Shown one piece after another: positions 45,101 through 55,457 of a stretch of DNA of 64,000 nucleotides. The position numbers and the translations under genes are program-made. Position 1 is the first letter of the stretch, and each line of letters opens with the position of its first letter. The notes under the pieces were generated by a model. The model was given only the letters and a program-made list of their open reading frames with translations, had not been told where the DNA came from and made no database searches. The stretch lies in the IMG/VR virus record IMGVR_UViG_3300045988_121434, positions 32,001-96,000 of that record. One strand, 5' to 3'. The stretch comes from a virus.

Positions 45101-47897
45101 GTTAGTTATCCTTGCCGGTGGAAAGCCGATGGCGCTTAACGATGACTTCTCCATCAGCGTTGAACTGAGCAACCCTCTCTTCAACGACACGGAGATGTTC
45201 TCCTATCCCGTCGCGCTTCCGCTTGATGGCAACCGCCATTTTCTCAAGAACATGGACGACACCAATTCCGACCTGCGTCCCGTGAGCTTTGAGCACACGC
45301 CGATGCAAATAATTGCCGATGGTGTGCCGTTTGCCAGTGGCACTGCCGTAATGCAGGAGGATGAAACCGTGGAGGACTCGCTATCGATGAATATTGACGC
45401 GAGCAAGCAGTCGTTTGACGACTTGATTGGCGATTTGAAATGCAATGAGGTGAAGATACCCGACCGCTATAAAGACCAACTGCTGATTGGCGAGAAGATT
45501 GACGAGGTGAATGTGGAGGTCACTTACAGCACAGATGTGGTCGTGAAATATGAGGGCAAGAAAGGCGACAAGAAATTGGGGTCGGTTGGTACAGGCTACA
45601 AGACATCATCAACATTCCATCCCCAAGCTCTTGGTTTCTCCTATCCTGCCCGTTGCGTAGAGAAAGACAGCGTGTCGCATAAGGCAAAGGTCAAGGAAGT
45701 GTGGAGTTATGCGAGAGGCGAGAAACGCAACATACCCGAAGTGGCGCAGTCATACGTCAACGTGAGTGATGCCTATCCCACAAAGCCATTCTGTAACGCC
45801 CGTGTATGTTATGCTCATTATGACTTGGATGATGACGGCAAGACTTCAAGCGAAATTGTGAAGCCTAAAGACGAGAATATTATGCACGAAGACCAGGGAA
45901 AGATATGGGTGCTTGACGCTGATCGCCCGCAGTCAGGCATCTGTTTCTATGTGCTCTTCTTTCTGGATTGTTTGTTTGAGAGTCTTGGCGTGTCTTTCAA
46001 CAAGGATGCACTGCGCAATATTGGCGACTTCCGCCGTCTTTGTTTCTTTACCACAAAATGTGCCTACGACACAAAGCCGTTGTATGTTGGTTCAACTTAT
46101 AATGAAAAAGACCCAGAAGTTATTGCTGGAAAGAAAAAGGCCGGTGACATCAAACTTGGTTATTTCCAAAAGCAGATAGAGAGCAAGAAGCAGTCTGACT
46201 ACGACAACCTTTTCGAGGACGTAAACGATTGGCTGGAAAGCCGTGGCTGTGGTGGCAAGCTCTCGCTCGAAAATCCTGTGGATAAGACCATGCAGGAAAT
46301 CGAATACTATGATGTGATTTACAAGTTTGTTACGAAGTTGGACCCCCGTTTCCCCAATTCTTCCTATAAGACTACTGAGGTGGAGCAGGTGAAAGAAGGC
46401 AGCAAGAAGCACGTTGTGGTCGGCAAGGACAAGGTTGCAAGCATTACCACAAAGTCTACAATCACCATGGCGCAGATGAGCGCAAGCATTGTTCAGATGT
46501 TTGCCAATGAGCAGAACTTTCCGGACGAAAATGTTTCCACCATCATTGAGTCGCTTGAAAATCAGTTTGGCATTAAGTTTTATTACGATTACGAACAGAA
46601 GAAGGTGACGGCTTATCTTGTTCGTGATGTGTTCCGCAAGCAGAACCCACAACCGCGTACGTTCTTTGCCGAAATACATAGCATATTGCCAATTAGCGAG
46701 AAGATTACTGGTGTGCGTGTTGGCTATTCGGCAGAAAGCGACAGCAAGGAGCAGAAGCAGAATATCACTAAGGGCGTGAAGGACTATAACACCGATTACG
46801 ACTATGTAGAATATCCGCAAGATCGCACCGTGACAAACCTTGAGTATCGTGACATTATCCACCAGGTCTACAATAATCAGATGAATGTGTTTGTGGATAA
46901 ATCAACGGGTAACAAATATCGCGTGAAGATTGATTCGGACTTTTCCTCTGCCGGCGACATGGATCCCCGCTTGTTTGAGGTGGGTGCTTACAAGGGTGTT
47001 GAAATGGGTGATTGCTCTACGCTTAATGAGGATTTCGTGCAGGAATTTAAGTCAGACTTTGTTCCGGTCGGCATGGTGGACGTCAACTATTATAATGCGC
47101 TTGCCGCCACTACGGGGCAGACTTGCTTTACTGACTCAAACAATCAGCCTACCGATGGTAGCGGCATTGAGGGGTATATGGCAAGTGCCGTAAATGGCAG
47201 TAAGGCGCAAACCATCATGGCGGCTTTCTTGGATGAAAGTATGGAACATGAGTTTGTGAAGCAATATATCAAAAATCCGCTTTCTTCTCAAGTAGCAGAT
47301 TTCTACGTCACGGAGGAACTTTCGCTTGTGGAGTCGTACAATCCTTCTAATACAGACGACGGCAATTCGCCACTTCAGAATTACGACTGGGGCAATGCCA
47401 TAGCCATTATGCGCGGTGGTGGCGCGGATTCTACGCACGAGGCTTTTGATTACAACTATGATGGCTTCGGCAATAGCAAGTGGCGCACCACCGTAGGCGA
47501 GTATGCCCTTACCACCGACTCTGTTGACCAATACGGCAACGTGTATGATTATAATGGTACTGCGTCCGGCATAGGCAACGAGGAACGCTTCTCCCTCAAA
47601 CCTCGCGCTTGGGTGCAGCCGGAATGGGCGGATGCTCCATTGGTAGTGAGTGATCCGCTTATCAAGGACCGAGGTTATTTCGATACCTTTATGATTGACT
47701 ATGCCTATTTTCTTCTGCATCGTCACAAGTACCGCATCCGCTGCACGGCTTCCGTAGCGCAGATAGCCGACATACCTAACCATTGGAAAGAATGGTGGCT
47801 GATAGACGGCAAGAAGTGTCTTATCAACAAGGTAAACACCGACATCAGCGTAAAGGATGGAATGGGCGAGGTGGAACTTGAAGTGTATAGTATATAG
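45090..47897 (+). CDS. large virion structural protein (935 aa), putative distal tail/baseplate component
   Basis: The call rests on its size and its position upstream of the fibre gene. Confidence 0.5.
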   Translation: MNSKLVILAGGKPMALNDDFSISVELSNPLFNDTEMFSYPVALPLDGNRHFLKNMDDTNSDLRPVSFEHTPMQIIADGVPFASGTAVMQEDETVEDSLSMNIDASKQSFDDLIGDLKCNEVKIPDRYKDQLLIGEKIDEVNVEVTYSTDVVVKYEGKKGDKKLGSVGTGYKTSSTFHPQALGFSYPARCVEKDSVSHKAKVKEVWSYARGEKRNIPEVAQSYVNVSDAYPTKPFCNARVCYAHYDLDDDGKTSSEIVKPKDENIMHEDQGKIWVLDADRPQSGICFYVLFFLDCLFESLGVSFNKDALRNIGDFRRLCFFTTKCAYDTKPLYVGSTYNEKDPEVIAGKKKAGDIKLGYFQKQIESKKQSDYDNLFEDVNDWLESRGCGGKLSLENPVDKTMQEIEYYDVIYKFVTKLDPRFPNSSYKTTEVEQVKEGSKKHVVVGKDKVASITTKSTITMAQMSASIVQMFANEQNFPDENVSTIIESLENQFGIKFYYDYEQKKVTAYLVRDVFRKQNPQPRTFFAEIHSILPISEKITGVRVGYSAESDSKEQKQNITKGVKDYNTDYDYVEYPQDRTVTNLEYRDIIHQVYNNQMNVFVDKSTGNKYRVKIDSDFSSAGDMDPRLFEVGAYKGVEMGDCSTLNEDFVQEFKSDFVPVGMVDVNYYNALAATTGQTCFTDSNNQPTDGSGIEGYMASAVNGSKAQTIMAAFLDESMEHEFVKQYIKNPLSSQVADFYVTEELSLVESYNPSNTDDGNSPLQNYDWGNAIAIMRGGGADSTHEAFDYNYDGFGNSKWRTTVGEYALTTDSVDQYGNVYDYNGTASGIGNEERFSLKPRAWVQPEWADAPLVVSDPLIKDRGYFDTFMIDYAYFLLHRHKYRIRCTASVAQIADIPNHWKEWWLIDGKKCLINKVNTDISVKDGMGEVELEVYSI

Positions 47898-47919
47898 ACC
47901 AACACAACACAAAAACATC

Positions 47920-49008
47920 ATGGCAAGAAAAATAACACTTACATCCGGCTCTGTGTTCAACGGTAACCCTATCACGTTTCAGGTGCAGCCGAATGTCATT
48001 ACCGGCACGGACAGCAACAAAAATACGACCTACCCATCCTTTCATCGCGTCATCATGGAGGTAACGTGTGGCATGAGTGGTGGCGACTATGAGGTGATAA
48101 AAATGTCTGCACCCGTGGAAAAGGAAGAAACCTCGGAATCCAATGTCGTGCAGATAGACATATCATCTGCCTTGCGCACCTTTCGCGACAGCTACGAATA
48201 CTCGGCACAGCCCACGACTTATCCCTTGGTGAAATTCTACTTGAAAGCGTATGATGAGTATATGCTCGACGGAGTGGTAAAGACTATGGGCGAAATCATC
48301 TATCCTGCCAAGGCAAACGACAATGACGAGCAGCCGGTGTATTGCACCATATTTGGTGGATATTCCGACTTCGACCGCCTTATGTCCAATGGCTCAAAGG
48401 AAACAACCATCTTGTCGCGCAAACCCATATCCGCCCCGCATCTCGCTTTCGTGGGCGAGCAAATAGCCTATACCCCATCCTACACCACGGCGCAGACTTT
48501 GCTCGCCAGCGGCAACCTCGCCCAGCCGGAGTCGAAGGTAGTGACCATATTGTCTGAAGGCCTACAGACCATAGGCGAACAGGTCATCTATGCTCTGCCA
48601 TCCACGGAAGCTGATACGCGCCAAGTATTCCGCTTTATCAACTCGTTTGGTGTGTTGGAGAGTATCAGTGTGCCTCGCGTGTACAGCAAGAAACTCGCAG
48701 TAACTACCAATAGATATGTATTGTCGCGGCAGGAAACATTCAGTTCTTTCAGTCGTGCGTCCATCAAGAAGCAGAACAACAAGGAGTCATGGCTATTCCA
48801 AACCGACCCGCTGACAGAGGAATGGCTTGAATGGTATCTGCATGAGTTTCTCATGTCCGAACACATCTGGATAGACATCAACAGCCGTTTCATTCCTTGC
48901 ACCATCTCCCCAGAGGAAGAAACCACCTTCCTCACCCGCACCGAACAGAACGCCATGACCATATCATTTACCGCTCAGCTCGACATCAACGGCTGTCCGC
49001 TTATATAA
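47920..49008 (+). CDS. virion structural protein (362 aa)
   Basis: Track ORF 47857..49008. The ATG at 47920 avoids overlap with the previous gene. Confidence 0.5.
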   Translation: MARKITLTSGSVFNGNPITFQVQPNVITGTDSNKNTTYPSFHRVIMEVTCGMSGGDYEVIKMSAPVEKEETSESNVVQIDISSALRTFRDSYEYSAQPTTYPLVKFYLKAYDEYMLDGVVKTMGEIIYPAKANDNDEQPVYCTIFGGYSDFDRLMSNGSKETTILSRKPISAPHLAFVGEQIAYTPSYTTAQTLLASGNLAQPESKVVTILSEGLQTIGEQVIYALPSTEADTRQVFRFINSFGVLESISVPRVYSKKLAVTTNRYVLSRQETFSSFSRASIKKQNNKESWLFQTDPLTEEWLEWYLHEFLMSEHIWIDINSRFIPCTISPEEETTFLTRTEQNAMTISFTAQLDINGCPLI

Positions 49009-49060
49009 CCGATATTTCTGTTTTCATTTATACATTTTCGTCAAAGCCTCGTATCTCTTT

Positions 49061-52000
49061 ATGGCGCGTGGCTTTATCATGTCCGTACCTTTAAATCATC
49101 TTTTCGTAACTTTGCTATCAGAAATTTACGACATGACACAAGCTACAGAAAGAGACTATTGGATTTCGCCCAATGCGTTTTACATTGAACTGAACGCGAT
49201 GGGACTGCCCGACTACATACAAGCATCGTGTGTGAGTGGAGCCAAAATCCTTGTCTATATAAAAGACATCATTTCCTACGACGCGGGCCACAACTATAAG
49301 CGTTGGACGCTGCAAGCCTCGCCTACAGTGTTCAACACTCACACTGCAAAATATGTCTATGCCGCCGTCCCTCGCTCGGATGACGGCACAAAGAACGCTT
49401 TTATCGTATTTCCGTCTGAAGAACTCGATGTTTACGGCAAGAACGTCGCAGGGCAACAAATCGGCTCTGAAGAATATTATTATGTATTCCTGCAAGGCAT
49501 TATTACATCTTCAGGCGACAACGGAACAGAAAACCGCGATTGGCAGCAGCGAGTGTCCTCTGGTTTGCTTGCATCCGACGAAGCAATATCCGCCACTGGT
49601 ACAGAAACAGAATGGTACAAGTATTCTTCAGTGGATGGAATTGTTACGTTTCTGAAGAATTTGACGATGAAGGTCGGAACCTTGTTTCGTAATCTTTTTG
49701 TAGAAACGCTAACCATCGTTAGTGGTGGTAAAATAGCTTTTGAGAACCAAGGAGAAATTGAAGGTATTGCAGACAATTCTACTTCGGTAAGCTCCACCAA
49801 TCGTATTGTCACACCGAAATTTCTTGACGATAATACTTTGTCAAGCGTGAGCGATGATACAGCGCAGGGCTTGATAACCTTCGCCAAGGGCTTAATTTCC
49901 GAGATGCTCGCCCAGCTGAAGGGCGGTGCGACATTCGGGAAAAGCGGGTATAAGTTCGACAAGGACGGCAACGTGGTGGTTGACGCGTTAAGCTCGCTGG
50001 CGTTTGACGAGGCACTGGAGAGGGGCTTCGGGGTGACGAAGAACTCGCGGGGGAAATACACGCTGTCGGTCACGGACTTGATGGTGTGGGGCAGGGCGGT
50101 GTTCAACTCGCTGGAGATAAGGAAGCTCTATGCCGTGGGAGGCAACGTGTACCTGAGCGGCGCGAGCTCGAAGATTGTGAGGGCGGTGCCGGTGAAGAGG
50201 GCGACGGGTACGGGCACGACCGAGAATGGCGACGCGAGCGAAACGTGGGTGGCGTGCGCTGAGGGCGACGCTGACTGCGAGGGATGGAAGTGCTACACGC
50301 TGAACGATGACGGCACCACGGCGACGCAGAACGGATGGAGGAAGTATGACCAGGCGAAGTGTCAGACGTTTGACATTGAGGCAGGGGCGCATGAGGGCGT
50401 GAGCAACACTTTCTACTGGCGACTGGTGGCTGACGTGTCCACGAAGAACGAGACGATAACGGAGACGCGGACGGAAACCTACGTGGATGATGACGGGGTG
50501 ACGAAGACGCGCGAGGTGACGGTGGACTTGTACGACGGCAAGAAGTTTGGCTGGGTGGTGCTGTCTAAGACGGACTGCGAGAGCGCGGGCAACGACGCTC
50601 CGAAGGCAGGGGACACGATAGTGCTGGACGGCCACAGGATGTTCGCGAGCGGTGACGCTGATGGGCGTGACCAATACAACGACGAGAGCCGCACGAACGT
50701 GATGATGCTGGAGACAACGGGCACGGAGAATGGCACGTTACCGAGGATAGTGGCGTTGACTGGCATCGTGGACTACAGGCACTGGGACGGCGTGAACCAA
50801 TACTCGAACACAGTGTTCATACTGTCGCCCAAGGAGGTGGTGTTCGTGTCTTCGAGCTTCAAGTTTATGAGCGCGAGCGGCGACCCGATAACCTTAGTGA
50901 ACTTCCGTGGTAACTGGGCAAAGGATACGGAATACCGCTACTACGACCAAGTGAGCCACGGCAACGCGATATGGACGTGCATAGTGAAGAAAGGCGATAC
51001 GACTAACGCGGAACCGAGCGACACCTCTACAGATTGGAGGAAGGAGATTAGCGGCGGCAAGGGTGAGAAAGGCGACAAGGGAGACCCTGGAACCCCCGGC
51101 AATGGCATTGACCGCGTGGAGACAAGGTTTTTCGCGTGGAAGTCGGACAAGTTTGGCACGGGCTTCAACTCCGACAGGGTGTGGGAAGATGGCAGCACGA
51201 CGATGCCTGACGACTTCAGCGACGACTTCCCGTGGCTGTGGCAGGTGACGAGGACGTATTACACCAACGGAACCGACGTGCTGGGCGAGGCCGTCTGCAT
51301 AGGCTATAAGGGCAAGGACGCGGTGACGTATGGGGTGCAGGTGACACCTTACCTTGACCCGTTAAGCAGCGGGAAGACAGACCCTGGCATACAGATACAG
51401 TTCACGAGGACGACGGGCGCGACGGTGGAGACTTTCACAAACGTGACGAAACTCGGTGGCTTGGTGATGGTGTACGTTGACGGCGTGTATCACGTGGACG
51501 CGACCAACTGGATCAACAGTGGCAATGACAAGATAGTGTTTTCCCACTTCCCCATTGACAACACCTCGACCGACAAGACGCTTGGCACGGCGAGCACGAT
51601 AGGCATAGAGCTGTTGGTGAACAGTAGCGTGGTGGCTACCGCCAACTACGCGAACGGCAAGCAGGGCGCGGACGGCAAGGGCGCGCTGGAGATAAGCGTA
51701 TACCCCGACACCCTCGTTTTCGACACGGACGATGACGGCATCGTGCCAAGCGGGACGAGCAAGAGGGCGACGATAGCGTGCTACCGTGACGGCAAGAAGG
51801 TGACAAACGTCGATTATGCCCTCATGGAGGGCGGACACCCCGACTGCGACGCGTCAATCTCGGCATCGAACGGCACGGCGACCGTGACAATCTCGAACAT
51901 TGCCGAGGCCGAGACCTACGGCGTGAGCAAGACGAGCGGCACGGTGGAGGTGCAAGTGTATGACAAGGACAAGGGCAGGAACTACTTCCCCATGGTGAAG

Positions 52001-54334
52001 TTCACGGTGAACGTGGCCAAGTTCAACGGCGGGCTGAAGGCCGACAACAGGAAGTTTGAGAGCGCGTATAACTACCTTACCAACAACGGCAATAGCACCG
52101 ACTTCTCATATTATGAGAGCCATATCAAGCAGACGGCCAAAGAGATAAGCCTGAAGGTGAGCGAGAAGTCAGTGGGCAGAAGAAATATGCTTGTGGGAAG
52201 CGCGTGCCGTAAATACGGGGACGGATTTAAGTACATGAGCGGTTCGGAGACGCGGTATTATGATGGCTATCCGTTAGAACAGATAGAGATAAACAGTGGC
52301 ATTGATGGCGTTAATTGCATCCATTGCCGCACTAAACGGACAGGAACGGACAGTTATCACTTGTCTGGTTTTAGCTGGAATGGTATTTCGCCACAAGGCA
52401 ACATCAAGTTGGAGAAGGGGAAGAACTATGTTCTCTCGTTCTATGCCAAGACGCCTACACCAAATGATATTTATTTCATTGCGGAAGTTCTATACCAAGG
52501 TTCCAAGATAGACACTTCTCGCCCTGCTGGATATGATGGTCCTACAGGCTATAGCACGACTTTTTCTGTATCAGAAGCCAATAAGTGGGAATTGTTTACC
52601 GTGAAGGTTTCTGTTCCATCTGATGCTCCGTATGAGTATGAAGAGATAAATATCTTCGCGAGGGCGGCGAGCGACTTTTTCGTTGACGGCTATATCTGCA
52701 AGCCAATGCTTGAGGAGGGCGAGGAGTATAATGGCTGGACGCTCTCGGAGCAGGACTATGACTACGTGGGCGGTAACCTGCTGGACGGCACGGGCACGCT
52801 GACGAAGACGGGAAACGTGGAGGTGCTGGACGAGACGACCGTGACGCAAGGCGGCTACAACAACGAGAGCGCGAGCGTGAAAGCGACACTCCTGCCTACC
52901 ACGGTAGTTGGCGACTTCCTGCAATACTCCACGAAGGACATGGGGCTGAAAGTCGGCGAGGACTGCGTGCTGTCGTTCTACGCGAGGGCGGCGAGCGACT
53001 ACGCGCACGGCGGGCTGCAATGCTATTTCTACTCTCCAAGCACGGGAAACGTCATGACGGAAAGCAGTCATGAGAAGTTAGATTTCTTGTATAATCCAGC
53101 CGATGGGGACTTGCACACCCACATCACGCCGACGACGGCATGGAAACGCTACTGGGTGCATTGGAGGCCGATGGGGAACGTCCCACAATACATACTGTTC
53201 CGCTTGCTGAGACCCGGCACGTACAAGGAGAGCTACGACCCATCCACGAGCTACAACGTGGGAGACGTGGTGGTGTATGGCGGCACGTACTACGTGTGCC
53301 AGAAGGCCGGGTCGGGATATGAGCCCGGCGCTTCGAGCTACTGGGAGGCGACGGAGTTCGCGATAGAGATTGCCCGGCCGAAACTTGAGGTGGGCGCGAC
53401 GATGACGGAGTGGACTGAGAAGCGGACCGACATGGTGGACAAGCGCGCGCTGTTCGCCACGGGGATAGACATAGAGAACAAGAATATAACGCTGACGGCG
53501 GACCATACCTACGTGAGGACGAACGACGGCACGCCGACGGTGATGATAGACGCTGACGGCAACCTGACCATGAAGGTGAACGCGGACATGGTGAACGTGT
53601 CGGCGACGCACAAGTTGAGCATATTGGGCAATGGCTCGATGGTGGTGGACATGGACAACTTCAAGCTGGACGCGAGCGGCAACGCCTCGTTCAAGGGTTC
53701 CATCGAATCGACAAGCGGGCGGATAAGTTTCTTAACGTTCACGGATAGCGGAATGTACAGTGCCACGTCGTCGTCCGATTGGGGCTTGGGGCTCATGAGC
53801 ACCAACATAAGCGTGAGGGGCACCCCTGGCGGCAGGCATTCGCTGGTCTGCCTTGGCAACGGGAAAGTCGACGCGACTGGCGGCGATGCCAACACGTACC
53901 CCAAGTCGCTGGTGGATGGCCAATACGTGAACTACTGCAACCTGATACAGGTGAAGGACGGCGGCACAGGCAACGGCAGGGACGCTGCGGCATTGGGCAT
54001 AGAGACGGATGGCGACTTCTGCCTTAGCGCGATGGGCGGTCTCAGTCACTTGCAGGGGTTGGCGTTGGACGCTTCGACGACGACAAACGGCTCCTCCCCC
54101 AACAGGACGCTGTTCCTCTGTTCGGGCGGCCACTTCACGATGCCATCTAACCCTAAGGACGGCCAACTGGTGATAGTGATACAGACAAGGGACAGAATTG
54201 ATTTTAACGGCAACGGACATGGGTTCCAGAGTGGCACATATAATAGCCTAAGCTTTACTTCCGATTCCGCGGGGCAATGGTCTTTATTTTATTACCATAA
54301 TGGGGTTTGGTATACGATTTATATGACTCGTTGA
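49061..54334 (+). CDS. tail fibre / receptor-binding protein (1757 aa)
   Basis: It has a collagen-like triplet run (GGKGEKGDKGDPGTPGNG) and two tandem CBM-like beta-sandwich modules (YVLSFYAKT / CVLSFYARAASD). It is mosaic in composition. Confidence 0.75.
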   Translation: MARGFIMSVPLNHLFVTLLSEIYDMTQATERDYWISPNAFYIELNAMGLPDYIQASCVSGAKILVYIKDIISYDAGHNYKRWTLQASPTVFNTHTAKYVYAAVPRSDDGTKNAFIVFPSEELDVYGKNVAGQQIGSEEYYYVFLQGIITSSGDNGTENRDWQQRVSSGLLASDEAISATGTETEWYKYSSVDGIVTFLKNLTMKVGTLFRNLFVETLTIVSGGKIAFENQGEIEGIADNSTSVSSTNRIVTPKFLDDNTLSSVSDDTAQGLITFAKGLISEMLAQLKGGATFGKSGYKFDKDGNVVVDALSSLAFDEALERGFGVTKNSRGKYTLSVTDLMVWGRAVFNSLEIRKLYAVGGNVYLSGASSKIVRAVPVKRATGTGTTENGDASETWVACAEGDADCEGWKCYTLNDDGTTATQNGWRKYDQAKCQTFDIEAGAHEGVSNTFYWRLVADVSTKNETITETRTETYVDDDGVTKTREVTVDLYDGKKFGWVVLSKTDCESAGNDAPKAGDTIVLDGHRMFASGDADGRDQYNDESRTNVMMLETTGTENGTLPRIVALTGIVDYRHWDGVNQYSNTVFILSPKEVVFVSSSFKFMSASGDPITLVNFRGNWAKDTEYRYYDQVSHGNAIWTCIVKKGDTTNAEPSDTSTDWRKEISGGKGEKGDKGDPGTPGNGIDRVETRFFAWKSDKFGTGFNSDRVWEDGSTTMPDDFSDDFPWLWQVTRTYYTNGTDVLGEAVCIGYKGKDAVTYGVQVTPYLDPLSSGKTDPGIQIQFTRTTGATVETFTNVTKLGGLVMVYVDGVYHVDATNWINSGNDKIVFSHFPIDNTSTDKTLGTASTIGIELLVNSSVVATANYANGKQGADGKGALEISVYPDTLVFDTDDDGIVPSGTSKRATIACYRDGKKVTNVDYALMEGGHPDCDASISASNGTATVTISNIAEAETYGVSKTSGTVEVQVYDKDKGRNYFPMVKFTVNVAKFNGGLKADNRKFESAYNYLTNNGNSTDFSYYESHIKQTAKEISLKVSEKSVGRRNMLVGSACRKYGDGFKYMSGSETRYYDGYPLEQIEINSGIDGVNCIHCRTKRTGTDSYHLSGFSWNGISPQGNIKLEKGKNYVLSFYAKTPTPNDIYFIAEVLYQGSKIDTSRPAGYDGPTGYSTTFSVSEANKWELFTVKVSVPSDAPYEYEEINIFARAASDFFVDGYICKPMLEEGEEYNGWTLSEQDYDYVGGNLLDGTGTLTKTGNVEVLDETTVTQGGYNNESASVKATLLPTTVVGDFLQYSTKDMGLKVGEDCVLSFYARAASDYAHGGLQCYFYSPSTGNVMTESSHEKLDFLYNPADGDLHTHITPTTAWKRYWVHWRPMGNVPQYILFRLLRPGTYKESYDPSTSYNVGDVVVYGGTYYVCQKAGSGYEPGASSYWEATEFAIEIARPKLEVGATMTEWTEKRTDMVDKRALFATGIDIENKNITLTADHTYVRTNDGTPTVMIDADGNLTMKVNADMVNVSATHKLSILGNGSMVVDMDNFKLDASGNASFKGSIESTSGRISFLTFTDSGMYSATSSSDWGLGLMSTNISVRGTPGGRHSLVCLGNGKVDATGGDANTYPKSLVDGQYVNYCNLIQVKDGGTGNGRDAAALGIETDGDFCLSAMGGLSHLQGLALDASTTTNGSSPNRTLFLCSGGHFTMPSNPKDGQLVIVIQTRDRIDFNGNGHGFQSGTYNSLSFTSDSAGQWSLFYYHNGVWYTIYMTR

Positions 54335-54414
54335 CTATGGTAGTCAGATGCTTGGCAACGATATACGTAACGGAATAGACAATAACAACGATAACGATTA
54401 AAGACAAAGAAATT

Positions 54415-54711
54415 ATGAAAAAGGTTTACAATGTGTTTAAGAGTATTGGTGAGTGGCTGGCAAAGGCAGGGGCTGACAGGTACTTGCACTTATTGGCTGG
54501 CTTGGTGATAGCCTTCTTCACGGCCATGCTGATGCAGGGCGTGGCTGGCGAGGGACGCTGGACGTGCGCTGGCTTCGCCTTGATGGTGACAGTGGTGGTG
54601 GGCATCTTGAAGGAGGTCGCCGACCAGACCTATGAGGGCGAGAGCGACGCGCTGGACTGGGCTTTCACGTGCATTGGCGGCGTGATTGGTTGCGGGTTGT
54701 GGATGATGTAG
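54415..54711 (+). CDS. small membrane protein (98 aa), holin-like
   Basis: It has three hydrophobic segments and lies in the lysis-proximal region. Confidence 0.4.
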   Translation: MKKVYNVFKSIGEWLAKAGADRYLHLLAGLVIAFFTAMLMQGVAGEGRWTCAGFALMVTVVVGILKEVADQTYEGESDALDWAFTCIGGVIGCGLWMM

Positions 54712-54797
54712 ACCCCTCCCTTAGAGTGAAGGACGAAGAGTGAAGAATATAGAATCGTGAGAACGAAAAGAACGATAACGACAATAACAGGTAAGGC

Positions 54798-55394
54798 ATG
54801 ACGATGGGCAGCTCGGTATTACAGACAAGTTTCTTGACGGGGAACAGCGTGCATACAGGGGTAAGAGCTTTCGGCATGACGTTGTTCTCCTCGGAGATAA
54901 CGCAGATGCTGGCGGACTCTAAGTGGATTTGGATAGCGATAGGCTTGCTATGTATGCTCGACTTCCGCTTCGGCTGCAAGGAGAGCAGGCTAAGGCGCGA
55001 CAAGGCGTTAAAGCAAGGTGACAAGGTGCTGGCGGAGGTGTATAAGTTCCACCGCTCGCGGGCGTGGCGGCGTAGCCTGAACAAGTTTATTGACTACCTC
55101 ATGCTGATGATGGTGGCGGAAGCGATAGGCGCTGGCTTTCTGCCGCTCGTGGGCATAAACTACATCTTCGGCGCGTGGGTCGGCGGCGTGATAGCCTGCC
55201 TGTGCGAGATCAGCTCCATAGGTGGCCACTTCCTCTACATACACAACGTGAGGATAGAGAAGCGCACCATCAAGGGGTATCTGATGGCTTTTGGCAAGGG
55301 TTTCGCCGTGGCGTTGGCAAGGCAGAAAGACCCTGCCATGGGCGAGGCCGTGGAGGAGGCGTTCGAGAAGGTGGGAAAGGAGAAGGAAAAGTGA
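54798..55394 (+). CDS. membrane protein (198 aa), phage-holin-family-like
   Basis: It has several TM segments, including FIDYLMLMMVAEAIGAGFL and VIACLCEISSIGGHF. Confidence 0.4.
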   Translation: MTMGSSVLQTSFLTGNSVHTGVRAFGMTLFSSEITQMLADSKWIWIAIGLLCMLDFRFGCKESRLRRDKALKQGDKVLAEVYKFHRSRAWRRSLNKFIDYLMLMMVAEAIGAGFLPLVGINYIFGAWVGGVIACLCEISSIGGHFLYIHNVRIEKRTIKGYLMAFGKGFAVALARQKDPAMGEAVEEAFEKVGKEKEK

Positions 55395-55457
55395 GGAATC
55401 AATGTGGGTAGACGACAGACTTTTATAGACTGGATAGACTTAATTAAAAAACTTGAC

